DNA of 64,000 nucleotides from a virus, in IMG/VR virus record IMGVR_UViG_3300047089_000307, positions 1 through 64,000 of that record. The stretch is one strand, 5' to 3'. Under the pieces are notes generated by a model, which was not told the origin of the DNA, searched no databases, and was given only the letters and a program-made list of their open reading frames with translations. Below, piece after piece: positions 53,608-64,000 of this stretch (position 1 is the stretch's first letter; each line of letters opens with the position of its first letter). The translations under genes and the position numbers were made by a program.

Positions 53608-54561
53608 ATGGACCTCAAGCTCGGCCGCCGCCCCGCTGACCCGTCCCGCCCGCGCATCCGGCTGGCCCGGTCGCTGACCGGCGTCGTCCCGGCGCATCCC
53701 GCTGCCGCGGACTACCTGGCCCGGCTGAGCGGCTGGCAGATGCTCGGCAACGACACGTACGGGGATTGCGTGAGCGTGACCGCGGCTAACCTGCGGCGCC
53801 TCACCACAGCCGTCCTGTCCACTGAGTACTACTGGACGCTGCCTCAGGTGGAGGCTTTTTATACGACGCAGAACCCGGGCTTCCCGCGGCAAGACGACGG
53901 GATGGATATCCAGACTGCCCTCGGCGACCTGGTCAGGTCGGGCGGCCCGGATGGGGTGAAGGCGCTCGGCTTCGCCTCGGTGGACCACACCAGCCCGGAT
54001 GAGGTCAAGGCGGCCATCGCGATCTTCGGCGCGGTCTGGACGGGCATCGTCGTGCAGGACGCGCAGATGAGCCAGTTCGACGCCCGCCAGCCCTGGGACT
54101 ACGTCTCCGGCTCCCCCGACGCGGGGGGCCACTCCGTGCTCGTCGGCGGCTACGGCGCCGGCGGTACCGGTCAGCTCGGCGGGGATGAGAAGCTCATCAC
54201 CTGGGCGCAGGAGACGTCGTTCACCGACCGGTACTGGAGCCGTGAGGTGGAAGAGTGCTGGGTGGTCATCTGGCCTGAGCACCTGGGCAGCAAGGCGTTC
54301 CAGGAAGGCGTGGACCTGGCCCAGTTCGCCGCGGACTACACGGCGCTGACCGGCAAGCCGTTCCCGGTCCCCGTTCCCCCGCCGCCAGCCCCGGTGCCTG
54401 CTCCCCCGCCAGTTCCCGTGCCCGTGCCGCCCGCGCCTTCCGACGCAGCGGACCAGCAGCTGTGGGGGGCCACGTGGGCCTGGGCAGGCGAGCGCCACGC
54501 GGGCGGGAACAAGAAGGCCGCGCAGGCCGTGACTGCGTGGGCGCGGGCGAAAGGGCTGTGA
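53608..54561 (+). CDS. papain-like cysteine peptidase, endolysin candidate
   Basis: GND.YGDC, GGH.V..GY and ITW motifs; Pro-rich linker plus short C-terminal domain. Confidence 0.7.
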   Translation: MDLKLGRRPADPSRPRIRLARSLTGVVPAHPAAADYLARLSGWQMLGNDTYGDCVSVTAANLRRLTTAVLSTEYYWTLPQVEAFYTTQNPGFPRQDDGMDIQTALGDLVRSGGPDGVKALGFASVDHTSPDEVKAAIAIFGAVWTGIVVQDAQMSQFDARQPWDYVSGSPDAGGHSVLVGGYGAGGTGQLGGDEKLITWAQETSFTDRYWSREVEECWVVIWPEHLGSKAFQEGVDLAQFAADYTALTGKPFPVPVPPPPAPVPAPPPVPVPVPPAPSDAADQQLWGATWAWAGERHAGGNKKAAQAVTAWARAKGL

Positions 54562-54572
54562 GCAGGTAAAAC

Positions 54573-56033
54573 TCAGAATTTTACCGGGTAGAGCGCGGCT
54601 ATGAGAGAAGCCATGTCCTGCCGGTAGGACTGGAATGGCGTGATCGTCGCCTGGCCGGTGTCCTCGTCGTACTCATAAGCGCCGGACATGAAGATCACCG
54701 GGCTGGGCATGACCTCGCCGCCGTAGGACGGGTCGGTGACGACCACCTGGTAGACCAGCCCGGCCTGGTCGCTGCCGAGGTCAGCCGGGGTCCCCGCAGT
54801 GTTCATCACCTGGCCCGGCCCCACGGTGAACGGCTGGGCGAAGCTGGCCCGGACGTAGCGGGTGAGGATGTTCTGGCCGATCGCCGCTGCTGCTGACGCC
54901 TTCAGCACCCCGGCCGAGCTGATGTCCAGGTAGTACTCCATGGGCCCGTGCCTGGCCACGGAGTTGCCGTTCACCACGTGAGAGATCGCGAACGTGGCGG
55001 GAACGGCCTTCTTGGTCGCGGTGGCCGCGATGTCCGCGGTGGCCTGGTAGCGCAGGAACAGCACGTTGATGTCGGCGGCAATGGTGCGCGCAATGGGCGT
55101 GCTGGAGACCAGGAGGCGGTCCGGCGCCTGCGTCGGGTTCCCGTTGAGGTCCTGCTTGAACGGGAACACCCTCAGCTTCCACGGCCCGGCCGGCGGCGCG
55201 GAGGCGGTTCCCGGCGAGACCATCCACAGCAGGCCGCCCCCGGTGATGAGCAGGTTCAGGTGCGCGGTGACCGTTTCCGACGCGCTGTCCTGCTGCTGGC
55301 CCAGGAAGATGCCGGCCGGCTTGCCGATGCCCGGGTTCGCCCAGCGCATTCCGCGGAAGATGGCCTGGTTCACCGCGTCGTCAGCGTTCCAGGTCGTGTA
55401 GAGCGCGGCGAAGTCGCTGCCGTACGTCCCGGCCCCGTGCGCGGTGACCGTCCAGCCGTCCCCGGTCGCCGCGGGCTCGTTCAGCTTGCCCTCCCAGACG
55501 CAGGACGCGCCGCGCCAGACCTGGATGACGCGCCCGGGGTTCAGCGCGTCCGTGCGCAGTTCCGGGGGCGTGCGCAGCAGCAGGCTCAGGTTCTCCGGGC
55601 CGCCGGGGCAGGTGTAGCTGCGGGTCATGTTCGTCACGTGCCCGATGGCGCCGAGCCAGCGCGGGCTCTTCGGCGCCGGGACTGACTGCGCATTGTCGGT
55701 GCTCACCGGGGCGGCCAGCGGGGACGGGGTGAAGAAGACGTACCAGTTCTGCGTCCCGGTGACCGGCAGCGTGCCGACCACCGTGAAGACCGTGGGCTCC
55801 TTGAGGCTCCCGCTGGCGTACAGCCGGAACTTATCCCCGGTGAACGCCGGCGCCACGGGGGTGAGCGTGCTGTTCGTGGGCGCGATGAAGAAGTCATACC
55901 CGCCGAATGCGCCGTACTGCGCCTGCGCCTGGCCGCCCGGGGCCTTGCCCCCGCCGGACAAGATGACGGACCAGAACTGCCCCGGCGGCTCAAAAGTGAC
56001 AGCCTGGCTGTAGTTAACCTGCTCAAGTGCCAC
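54573..56033 (-). CDS. minor tail protein
   Basis: in tail operon; VWEGKL.EP motif. Confidence 0.75.
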   Translation of the reverse strand: MALEQVNYSQAVTFEPPGQFWSVILSGGGKAPGGQAQAQYGAFGGYDFFIAPTNSTLTPVAPAFTGDKFRLYASGSLKEPTVFTVVGTLPVTGTQNWYVFFTPSPLAAPVSTDNAQSVPAPKSPRWLGAIGHVTNMTRSYTCPGGPENLSLLLRTPPELRTDALNPGRVIQVWRGASCVWEGKLNEPAATGDGWTVTAHGAGTYGSDFAALYTTWNADDAVNQAIFRGMRWANPGIGKPAGIFLGQQQDSASETVTAHLNLLITGGGLLWMVSPGTASAPPAGPWKLRVFPFKQDLNGNPTQAPDRLLVSSTPIARTIAADINVLFLRYQATADIAATATKKAVPATFAISHVVNGNSVARHGPMEYYLDISSAGVLKASAAAAIGQNILTRYVRASFAQPFTVGPGQVMNTAGTPADLGSDQAGLVYQVVVTDPSYGGEVMPSPVIFMSGAYEYDEDTGQATITPFQSYRQDMASLIAALYPVKF

Positions 56034-56068
56034 TCATCATCACCTCTCCGGCGTTGCCCATCGCGTGC

Positions 56069-56323
56069 TCACGGGATATCGCTGGCGGCTACCGCAGCCC
56101 GCACGAGGCAGTCCTTCGCCTCCACGAGCTTGTGCAGCCCGCGCGTCAGCTCCGGGTCGTCGGCGCTGATCATGCCGAGCAGGGCCTGCGCCAGGGTCGC
56201 GACGGCCAGGGACACGTCGCGCGGCGGCCCGGCCGGCAGCTGCCCGTAGTCGAACCACCGGGTGACGTCCTGCACCGCGCGGTGGCGGCCCGTGGCGTCA
56301 ACGGCGTGCGGGATGCCCATCAC
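56069..56323 (-). CDS. hypothetical protein
   Basis: F.Y..LP...E...GL.KL.EAKDC.VRA motif. Confidence 0.7.
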   Translation of the reverse strand: MMGIPHAVDATGRHRAVQDVTRWFDYGQLPAGPPRDVSLAVATLAQALLGMISADDPELTRGLHKLVEAKDCLVRAAVAASDIP

Positions 56324-56613
56324 TGCGCGCCTATAACCTGGGTGGAGCTATTCACGAATGAGTACGGCAGAACGTAAGCGCCGCCGGGGGCCAGGCCGTG
56401 GTAGATGTTGCCGAGGGCATTCAGGTCCGCGGCCATCGACCGCATCAGCGCCAGGTCCCCGGTGGTAACGCCGATGCCGGTCATGTCGCCGTCAGACTGG
56501 GCGGACAGCCAGGCGTAGAAGTTCTGCGCGCTGATGACGGAATCCCGTACGGCTACCGCCCGCTGGGTGGCGGCGCTGGCGATCAGCCCGGGATTGGCGA
56601 TGGCGGTGAACAT
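56320..56613 (-). CDS. hypothetical protein
   Basis: RBS and codon bias. Confidence 0.65.
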   Translation of the reverse strand: MFTAIANPGLIASAATQRAVAVRDSVISAQNFYAWLSAQSDGDMTGIGVTTGDLALMRSMAADLNALGNIYHGLAPGGAYVLPYSFVNSSTQVIGAQ

Positions 56614-56626
56614 GAGGCTCCCCTGG

Positions 56627-58426
56627 TCAGTTGTCGAGTGCGAGGAAGAAGTCGAGGACCAGGACGCCGGAGGTCGTGGCGCCGTTGATCACCTGGACGG
56701 TGCCGGCTGAGGCGATCCGGAAGAAGATGCCCGAGCTGGCGCCCGTGGCCGTGTGGAAGCCAGCCGCATGGTCCTGGGTGGAGGCGGGCCGGTACCCGGC
56801 GGGCAGGGTGAACGCGGTGGACGGGAACCCGCCGGTAACCCCGGACGGGTCGAGTACCCCCAGGACCCAGACGGCACTGAACGGCATGCGCTTGTACTGA
56901 ATGGTGGTGCTGGCCCAGTTGTTGGACAGTCCCGGCGTGTGCCAGGTCTCCACGTTGGCCGGGCTGGACCCCGGCTGGAAGGCGGTGACGTCCCCGGTGA
57001 ACCCGGCGGCGAAGTCATTGCCGGCGTCGTCAGTGGCCGCCGCGGGCATCATCCCGGCCAGGGCCACGCCGGGCGTGACGTAGGTGATGGTGACGGTGCC
57101 GTCGCCGCCGTCGCCGCCGTGCACCTGCGCTGCCCCGGTGTGCCCGATGACGGTCAGCACGGGCGCGCCCGCCTGCCCGGCGCCGGCGAAGGACCCGTAA
57201 TAGTCGGTGTCGAAGGCCGGGACGGTGCCCAGGACCAGCGCCTTGGCCGTCCCGGCCTTCAGCGGGCCGGCCAGCGTGTCGCTGACGTCCTGGACGTGGG
57301 CGGCGCTCATCGGGACGGGGTACGTCTGCCCGGCGCTCACCCCGGTCACGCCGTCGAAGCTGGCGGGCATCGCGGTGGCGGCGCTGTAGCCCAGCTGCAC
57401 GGTCAGCCCGGTGCTGTTCCAGGACGTCAGGTTGGTCATCGTCAGCCGGACGGTGTCGACGGTCACTGCCGCCAGGTCCGCGGCCACCGATGACGGCAGG
57501 ATCATCAGTGACGTCATGGTGCCCAGGAAGTCCCCGCCGCCGGATTGCTGGCCGCCCTGGAACATCGTGTTGCCGATGGCGGCGTACCGGTTATCCGCGT
57601 TCCCGCCGAGGGCGTCGCTGCCGTAGTAGGTGCCGGAGAACGTAGGGCTGTAGGTGAAGACGACCTGCCCCGCCGCGGTAGCCGCGCCCACCCCGCCGCC
57701 GCCCGCGCCGGGGGTGCCGCCGTCTGTGCCGGTAGCGGCGGAGTTGCCGCCCGCGCCGCCGGCCACGCCGCCGCCAGGGCCTGCGCCGCCGCCGGCCGCG
57801 CCGGTCCCGCTGACGGACTTCGCGCCTGAGCCGCCGGCGTTGCCGGAGCCGCCGGAGCCGCCGCCGCCGCAGCCGCCCGTTGACTGGGTGCCGTCCCCGC
57901 CGCCGCTGCCGCCGGAGTGCGCGATCGTCTGCGCGGCGTTCAGGGCAGCGTGCGCGCCGCCGTTCAGCCCGTCCGATCCGCCGCCGGCGCCCGCGTAGAC
58001 GCCCGGCCCCCCGGTGATCCCGTTGACGTCGAAGTAGCTGGGATTGCCGTCGTCCCCGAAGCCCTGGTTATTGATGGAGCCGTCACCGCCGTCACCGACG
58101 ACGTAGGCGTAAACGGTGCCCGGGACCACCGGGTAAGACGGTTCCTGGGAGTAGGCCCCGCCGCCGCCCCCGCCGCCGCCGTGCGTGGAGTTGCCGCCGC
58201 CCGCGCCGCCGCCCGCCCCCCAGGCTTCGATCTTCGCCGACGTGACCCCGGCCGGGCAGGTCCAGGAGTACTTGCCCGCCGTGGACTGGGTGACGACGGT
58301 CGCCGTGGGCGTGTACGCGGTGACCGGCTCGCCCTGGCTGGCTACCAGCGCAGCCAGCCGGGCCTCGGTGAGCTGCGCCTTGGCTGTCGTCTTCGGCAGC
58401 AGTTGCGGGTCGTTCGGGCCGGCCAT
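56627..58426 (-). CDS. Gly-rich minor tail / fibre protein
   Basis: WTCPAGVT..E.WGAGG glycine-rich domain; C-terminal FTLPAGYRP. Confidence 0.85.
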   Translation of the reverse strand: MAGPNDPQLLPKTTAKAQLTEARLAALVASQGEPVTAYTPTATVVTQSTAGKYSWTCPAGVTSAKIEAWGAGGGAGGGNSTHGGGGGGGGAYSQEPSYPVVPGTVYAYVVGDGGDGSINNQGFGDDGNPSYFDVNGITGGPGVYAGAGGGSDGLNGGAHAALNAAQTIAHSGGSGGGDGTQSTGGCGGGGSGGSGNAGGSGAKSVSGTGAAGGGAGPGGGVAGGAGGNSAATGTDGGTPGAGGGGVGAATAAGQVVFTYSPTFSGTYYGSDALGGNADNRYAAIGNTMFQGGQQSGGGDFLGTMTSLMILPSSVAADLAAVTVDTVRLTMTNLTSWNSTGLTVQLGYSAATAMPASFDGVTGVSAGQTYPVPMSAAHVQDVSDTLAGPLKAGTAKALVLGTVPAFDTDYYGSFAGAGQAGAPVLTVIGHTGAAQVHGGDGGDGTVTITYVTPGVALAGMMPAAATDDAGNDFAAGFTGDVTAFQPGSSPANVETWHTPGLSNNWASTTIQYKRMPFSAVWVLGVLDPSGVTGGFPSTAFTLPAGYRPASTQDHAAGFHTATGASSGIFFRIASAGTVQVINGATTSGVLVLDFFLALDN

Positions 58427-58502
58427 CAGGCGTCACCGCGCTCGATGACGCAGTGCCTGCCATGACCCCAGAGGACTGGTAGGCTCCGTGAGATAGACAT
58501 TT

Positions 58503-61500
58503 TCACACAAGCCTCTCCAAGAACCACCTGTTGAGGAAGGAGACGGCGAGGTCCGGGGCGCCGTCAACCGTGTAGGCCAGGAACAGGTTGTCGCCCGGCT
58601 GGATGTAGAAAGGCGACCCGGAGACCAGTACGTTGTCCAGCACGCTGACCGCCTGGGAGCGGTCCAGGTCCGAGCCGAGGACGAGGCCCAGGTCCCGCTC
58701 GATGGTCGGCTCGTCAATGTAGAAGTTGGCGTAGTCAGTGCCGGGCGGGACGTTGATGATCACCGTGCTGCCCTGGGCGTCCAGGAACAGCACGTCCAGG
58801 AACTGGTCATTGTTGTCGGTGTCAGTGATCGAGACGGTGAAGAAGCCCGAGGTGTTGGACGGGTCCAGTCCCTTGACCGGCAGCGTCAGCTCGCCCATGA
58901 CCACGATGCCGTTGACGATGTCGGTGGACGGGGTGAAGGTCCGCGACACCGACAGCGGGAAGTTATGGCCGCCCAGGTACTCGAACTGGTTGACGGTCAC
59001 CGTGACCGTCCGCGCCGAGGACGGGCTGTCCCAGGCATAAGCCACTAGCACGACGGTGTACGTGCCGTTGAACAGCGCGTTAACGCCGGAGACCAGCGAT
59101 GGCACGGTGTACTGGGTGCCGGAGGGCGGGTCTGCGGTGTTGCTGACCGGCACGCACGGGTTCAGCTCCGGCGGGGAATCGGCGCCGGGCCGGTGCGCGA
59201 CCAGCGTCCGGAACTGGGCCAGCGGCGGGGACCAGGTCAAGACGATGTTGCCGTTGCCGCCCTGGCCGCCTGCCTGGGCGGTGCCCGTCGTGACCGCTCC
59301 GCCGCCGCCGCCTCCAGGCGGGGAGGCGCCGTCGCCGACGTCCACGGCTGCCGTGCCGCCATTGGCTCCCTTGCCTCCCCCGGCCACTGCTGCCGCGCCC
59401 GTGCCGCCGGAGGCGCCCGCAGTGCCGGCATTGCCGACTGAGGCGCTGCCGCCGGAGCCGCCGCCGCCGCCGCCGTTCGTGCCGCCGAGGCCGCCGGCGC
59501 CGCCGTTGCTGTGCGTCGTGTTGGCGCTGCCGGTACCGCCCGTGCCGCCGGTCGCGGTGTTCAGCGCCACCGACTGGCCGCCGTGCGCGGTGACCACCGT
59601 GACGGTGGTCGCCGCGGAGCCGAAGGTCGTGCTGGCACCGCTGACCGGCGTGCCGGCGTTGACGGTGTAGGTGAGCCTGACCTGGCCGGCGCCTCCGGCG
59701 GCCCCGGGGTTATTGCCCAGGTTGGTGTACCCGCCGCCCCCTCCGCCGCCCGGGGCTGCCCCTGCGGCCGGGAAGCCGGGGTTGCTGGCGCCCGCGCCGC
59801 CCGCGCCGCCGCCCGTGACGGCCACGGCCCCGGCGCCGCCCGTGTTGCCGGCCCCGTTGCTGCCCGTGTTGCCGGCCGCTGCCGTGCCGCCGCCGCCGCC
59901 TCCGCCGCCGCCGCCGTACGAGGGTGACGTGCCGCCCGTGCCGCCGTTGTGGTGCGTGGTGTTCGCGCTGCCGGAGCCGCCCGCGCCGCCGGAGGAGGTT
60001 CCGGCCGGGCTGGCGGGCTTGCCCGGGTGCGCGAGCACCGTCACGGAGTCACCGGGGAAGGTGGTGGACGTGCCGCCGGCGCCGGGCGTCACGCCTGCCT
60101 GCCCGCCGAGGCCGACCTTGAAGCTGTAGGTCTTGCCCGGGGTGACGGCCAGCGCAGGCTCGGCCGCGTACTCGCCGCCGCCGGCCCCGCCGCCGCCGGT
60201 CGTGCCCGCGCCGCCGCCCGCCCAGCACTCGGCCAGGATCGCGGTGACGTTGGCGGGGCACGTCCAGCTGCCACTCCCCGGGGAGGTGAAGGTGAGGACC
60301 TGCTGGCTGGCGCCGGTCGTGCCTGCCGTGCCGCAGGAGTACGGGACGGGCGTCCCCTCAGTCACCGTCAGGGCCGGCTCGGCCGCGTACTCGCCGCCGC
60401 CGCCGCCGCCGCCCTGCCCGGACGTCGAGCGCGACCCGCCCGCGCCGCCCGCGCCGATGCACTCCGCCTTGACGGACGTCACGCCGGGCGGCGGCCACCA
60501 CACGCCGGAGCCGGACAGCTCAAGGGACAGCGGGTCGGCCTGCGGAAGCTGGAACTGGCAGGAGACGGGGGTCCGCGCGGTGCCCGGCACGCCCATCACG
60601 TTGTAGACGACGCCGCGCTGGGAGGCGGGGGCGGCCAGGGACGGCGGGTTGGCGACCACGTCGTCAAGCCAGGCGTTCATCCGGACGAAGGCCGTCTTGC
60701 CCTGGCCTGCCCAGTTGGACAGCGTCAGTGAGTACGAGGCGACGGATGCGTAGTTGAAGCTGGCGTTGCCTTGCGGGACCGGCGCGGTGACGCGGGTCCA
60801 TTTCGGCACGAGCGCCTTGCTGTTGTACGGCAGGCCATTGAATGTCCGGTGGAAGGTCAGCTTGTGGCCGCCGTTATCGGTCAGCGTCCAGCGGAAGGTC
60901 ACGTTGGACTTGAATCCCGAGTGGGGCTTGCCGAACAGCGGGACGTAGTATGCCTGGCCGAACCATACCGACAGCACCGGCAGGCCGGTGATATTCAGGG
61001 ACAGGCCGCTCTTGGAGTAGGTCACCGGGACGTAATTCGCGTTCGGCGGGGTGTACCGGGCGGAGTGCGGGCCGACCACGAACTGGGTGGTCTGCGTCCA
61101 GCCGGTGCCGGACACGGTGCCGAACGCGTCCAGCGTCACCGGGGCCGGCGGCGCGGCGATGCCGTTGAGGATCGGGCTGGAGAAGGCCACGTCCGTCAGC
61201 TGGTCCGGTGCGCTGCGGCCGTAGGGCAGCGCCTGGAAGGTCAGCGTGATGACGGCCATCGGCAACGGCTGGTTCGGCAGGAAGCCGTAGGAGAACACGG
61301 TGGGCAGCGCGCGGAAGCAGTCGAAGACCTGGGTCAGGCCCGTGGAGGAGGGCGTCCAGGTCAGCGTCCAGGAAGGCTGGTCCACCGCCTGGATCAGGTA
61401 CTCCTTGGCAGCCGACAGCGTTGCCTGGTCCGGTGCGGTGATCCTGACCGGCAGCGTGATCGTGCGGTTGGACGCCCGGGTGCCGAACGGCCGCTCGCCG

Positions 61501-61721
61501 TCCAGCAGCAGGGTCTGCACCTGGCTGACGGTCGGCTGCGGGGCGCCCAGGTCCCAGGTCATCCCCGGGCTCGCGGCGGAGCCCGGGGACGACGGGGCGA
61601 ACAGCCGGAAAACGGCCCCGGTGCCGGCCGCGTTCACCAGGGCGGGAATGTCCGACTGCACGCCGGATGCCCCGCCGAGGACCTCGATCAGGTCCGCGAT
61701 GATGAGCGAGTCGCTAGCCAC
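58503..61721 (-). CDS. minor tail protein (distal-tail-like N-terminus, Gly-rich domains)
   Basis: follows tape measure; NRTITLPV motif; Gly-rich repeats. Confidence 0.85.
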   Translation of the reverse strand: MASDSLIIADLIEVLGGASGVQSDIPALVNAAGTGAVFRLFAPSSPGSAASPGMTWDLGAPQPTVSQVQTLLLDGERPFGTRASNRTITLPVRITAPDQATLSAAKEYLIQAVDQPSWTLTWTPSSTGLTQVFDCFRALPTVFSYGFLPNQPLPMAVITLTFQALPYGRSAPDQLTDVAFSSPILNGIAAPPAPVTLDAFGTVSGTGWTQTTQFVVGPHSARYTPPNANYVPVTYSKSGLSLNITGLPVLSVWFGQAYYVPLFGKPHSGFKSNVTFRWTLTDNGGHKLTFHRTFNGLPYNSKALVPKWTRVTAPVPQGNASFNYASVASYSLTLSNWAGQGKTAFVRMNAWLDDVVANPPSLAAPASQRGVVYNVMGVPGTARTPVSCQFQLPQADPLSLELSGSGVWWPPPGVTSVKAECIGAGGAGGSRSTSGQGGGGGGGEYAAEPALTVTEGTPVPYSCGTAGTTGASQQVLTFTSPGSGSWTCPANVTAILAECWAGGGAGTTGGGGAGGGEYAAEPALAVTPGKTYSFKVGLGGQAGVTPGAGGTSTTFPGDSVTVLAHPGKPASPAGTSSGGAGGSGSANTTHHNGGTGGTSPSYGGGGGGGGGGTAAAGNTGSNGAGNTGGAGAVAVTGGGAGGAGASNPGFPAAGAAPGGGGGGGYTNLGNNPGAAGGAGQVRLTYTVNAGTPVSGASTTFGSAATTVTVVTAHGGQSVALNTATGGTGGTGSANTTHSNGGAGGLGGTNGGGGGGSGGSASVGNAGTAGASGGTGAAAVAGGGKGANGGTAAVDVGDGASPPGGGGGGAVTTGTAQAGGQGGNGNIVLTWSPPLAQFRTLVAHRPGADSPPELNPCVPVSNTADPPSGTQYTVPSLVSGVNALFNGTYTVVLVAYAWDSPSSARTVTVTVNQFEYLGGHNFPLSVSRTFTPSTDIVNGIVVMGELTLPVKGLDPSNTSGFFTVSITDTDNNDQFLDVLFLDAQGSTVIINVPPGTDYANFYIDEPTIERDLGLVLGSDLDRSQAVSVLDNVLVSGSPFYIQPGDNLFLAYTVDGAPDLAVSFLNRWFLERLV

Positions 61722-64000
61722 CGTAGTACCCCCTGCCGGCGCCGCGGGCTGCGGCCACGCCGATCCCGTGCGCGAACTGCTGGCCCTGCGCCCCGGTGAC
61801 CCGGGTGTTCTCCTGGACCGCGTGGATCATCTGCCGCAGCAGCATGTTGGTCTCGTGCAGGGAGCCGGGGCCCTGCGCCGGGCTGACCATCTCCGCCTTG
61901 CCCGAGGTGTTGACGCCCACGCCCCACGGGGGCAGGATGCCGCCCTTGTCATAGGTTGAGCCGACCAGGCCGCCGGAACGGTAGCCGTGCCCGTGCCCGA
62001 TCACGCCCGCCATCGCCGCCCCGCCGTAGCGCGCGGAAGCGTAGTGGATAGCTGCGTATATTTGTGCCATCGGATTTTCTGATACCGTGCCTCCGCCAAA
62101 ATTCACCAGCGGCGGGGTGTTAACATAGGGCCCTGCGTAAGCATGGAAGGTCCCAGGTATGAGTTGGAGGAGCCCAACGGACGGATGACCCGCCTGAGCG
62201 TTACTGTCCGTGAGGTTCACGGCGTTCAAATTTCCGCCAGATTCTGTTTGAATCTGAGAAAGCCAGTTGGAAACCAGGGACAGCGGCAGGCCCATCGAGC
62301 TCAGGACGGCGGAGATGTCGGCGGCGTAGTTGCCGGAGCCGGGCCCGAGGAACACCCCGCCGCCGGCCGCTGCCGCTGCTGCCGCTGCGGCCTGGGTGGC
62401 CTTGATGGCCGCGTTCGCGAAGGCCACGGCCGAGTTCTGGCCGAACAGCGCCTCGGAGTTGCTGAACCCGGTGATGCCCTTGGTCACCTGGGTGTCCACG
62501 AAGCCGGCCAGGCCGCCGGCCGCGTACCTGCGCGCGGTGACGCCGCCGAGCCACGGCGACTGGGTGGGCGTGGCGGTGAACCCGGGGATACGGCCGCGCA
62601 GGTGGTCGACCAGGCCGGCGCTCACCATGTTCGCCGGCACGACGAGCTCGCCCTTGCTCAGGAACGCCGCCACGTCATCCGCGGTGGGCGTTGACCCCCG
62701 GTTGATGAACAGCCCCTTGGCCGGGGTGAGCACGTGCCCGCCGCCAGGCCCCGAGGCGCCGCTGATCCGGCCGGTCGTGGTGTTCAGCGTCCGGGTGGCG
62801 ACGCCGGTCCCGCTGATGGTGATGTTGCCCTTGCCCTGCATCTGGAGCACGATGTCGATCGCCTTGCTCAGCGGGATGTGCAGGATCTTGGAAATCATCG
62901 CGGCGATTTCCCCGGTCGTGTCGTGGGCGGCGCGGCCGGCGTTGATGATGGACTGGACCAGCGCGTCCTGCTGCGGCTTGGCCTTGGCGGCGTCGCCGCC
63001 GGACTGGGCGAGGGCGGTGCCGTAATCGGTGGCTGCCTTCTGCACGCCGTCATAGGCCAGGATCGCGTTATTAATGTCGCCGATCAGCTCGTTGGCGAGG
63101 AACTGGCCCTGGGACTGCATCGCCCCGGTCAGCAGCGCCTCCTGCGTGGTCGCCTCGTCGGTGATCTTCTTCAGGTCCTTGGTGGCCGAGCCGGTGTTCT
63201 GGAGCCACTTGTTCAGTTCCTTGAACGCCGCCGGGCCGGTGTACCCGGCCGTCCGGGCGATCTTGGTCAGCTTGTCCAGCAGGGCCTGGTCGCCCTTGGC
63301 GTGCGCGAGCAGCGGGGTAATCGACTTCTTGACGCTCACGGTGAGCGCGTCGTTCTGGTTAGCGGCTGCGCCCAGCCACTTGGTCAGCTCCTTGAGGGAG
63401 ACCGGGCCGGTGTAGTTGGCTTCCTGCGCCAGCGCGACCAGCTGGGCGGTGGCCTCGGTGGACCCGCTGGCGTACCGCAGCAGCGGCGCGATGGCGTCCT
63501 TGACGGCCTGGCTGAACGCGGCGGTGCCGCCGATCGCGGTGCGCAGGGAGCCGAGCATCCGGTCGGTGTTGGTGACCTGCTGGGTGAACGCCTGGTTGAG
63601 GTCCAGGCTGGCCTGGGACAGCCCGTCCATCGAGGCGCCGGTCAGCGTGCCGGTTAGCGTCAGCTGGCCCAGCTTGTTCTTCAGCGTCTCGCCGCTGCCG
63701 CCGGCCTTGGCGAAATTCGCGTTCAGGTTGACGATGCCCAGCGCCACCGTGTCGAACGTCCCCTGGGTGCTGGTGACGTCGCCGATGAAGGTGTTCCATG
63801 CCTGGTTCAGCTTCTGGGTGGCCTGGTACTGGTCGGTCTCGGTGCGGCCCAGGACCTCCAGGTTGTTCTCCAGCGATCCGGTGACCCCCGTCATGGCCCG
63901 GATCGCGTTGATCGTCCCGTCGATCTCCGCGGTGTCGATGGCCCACGCCTGGCCCTGGTCCTTGGTGACCTGCGCGGTGGTGATGCCGGCGGCGTTCAGG
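61714..64000 (-). CDS. tape measure protein, C-terminal part with lytic transglycosylase domain (starts beyond window)
   Basis: ESGGN.NAVN..DSNA..GHPS.GLLQ.I..TF motif; Ala-rich helical region. Confidence 0.9.
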   Translation of the reverse strand, partial: LNAAGITTAQVTKDQGQAWAIDTAEIDGTINAIRAMTGVTGSLENNLEVLGRTETDQYQATQKLNQAWNTFIGDVTSTQGTFDTVALGIVNLNANFAKAGGSGETLKNKLGQLTLTGTLTGASMDGLSQASLDLNQAFTQQVTNTDRMLGSLRTAIGGTAAFSQAVKDAIAPLLRYASGSTEATAQLVALAQEANYTGPVSLKELTKWLGAAANQNDALTVSVKKSITPLLAHAKGDQALLDKLTKIARTAGYTGPAAFKELNKWLQNTGSATKDLKKITDEATTQEALLTGAMQSQGQFLANELIGDINNAILAYDGVQKAATDYGTALAQSGGDAAKAKPQQDALVQSIINAGRAAHDTTGEIAAMISKILHIPLSKAIDIVLQMQGKGNITISGTGVATRTLNTTTGRISGASGPGGGHVLTPAKGLFINRGSTPTADDVAAFLSKGELVVPANMVSAGLVDHLRGRIPGFTATPTQSPWLGGVTARRYAAGGLAGFVDTQVTKGITGFSNSEALFGQNSAVAFANAAIKATQAAAAAAAAAGGGVFLGPGSGNYAADISAVLSSMGLPLSLVSNWLSQIQTESGGNLNAVNLTDSNAQAGHPSVGLLQLIPGTFHAYAGPYVNTPPLVNFGGGTVSENPMAQIYAAIHYASARYGGAAMAGVIGHGHGYRSGGLVGSTYDKGGILPPWGVGVNTSGKAEMVSPAQGPGSLHETNMLLRQMIHAVQENTRVTGAQGQQFAHGIGVAAARGAGRGYYGG

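Overview
This is a high-GC, actinobacterial-type siphovirus segment that probably starts at or near the genome's left end. Left to right it holds small early/accessory genes, then a ~5.3 kb RNA operon (3.6-8.9 kb) with ~38 recognisable tRNAs covering all 20 amino acids plus several unannotated structured RNAs. A DNA methylase, terminase, HK97-type portal/protease/capsid and a sugar-biosynthesis and glycosyltransferase island follow. Next come a TnpB-derived Cas12-like nuclease directly abutting a 12-repeat CRISPR array (no cas1/cas2 or tnpA nearby), head-completion genes, a peptidase endolysin candidate, and tail genes on the opposite strand. Five observations stand out. (1) The phage encodes a compact type V CRISPR system; one spacer reads like a terminase motif, and spacer codon phasing suggests a TTN-type PAM. 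(2) A free-standing RNA copies the 23S rRNA uL11/GTPase-associated centre. (3) Three tRNA-like modules are circularly permuted. (4) A duplicated 73-bp cis element puts an AUC codon at the apparent start of both the terminase large subunit and the tail terminator. (5) A leader-peptide/terminator attenuator candidate precedes the tRNA operon. All calls come from reading the sequence by eye; no database searches were run and tRNA ends may be off by a few nt.
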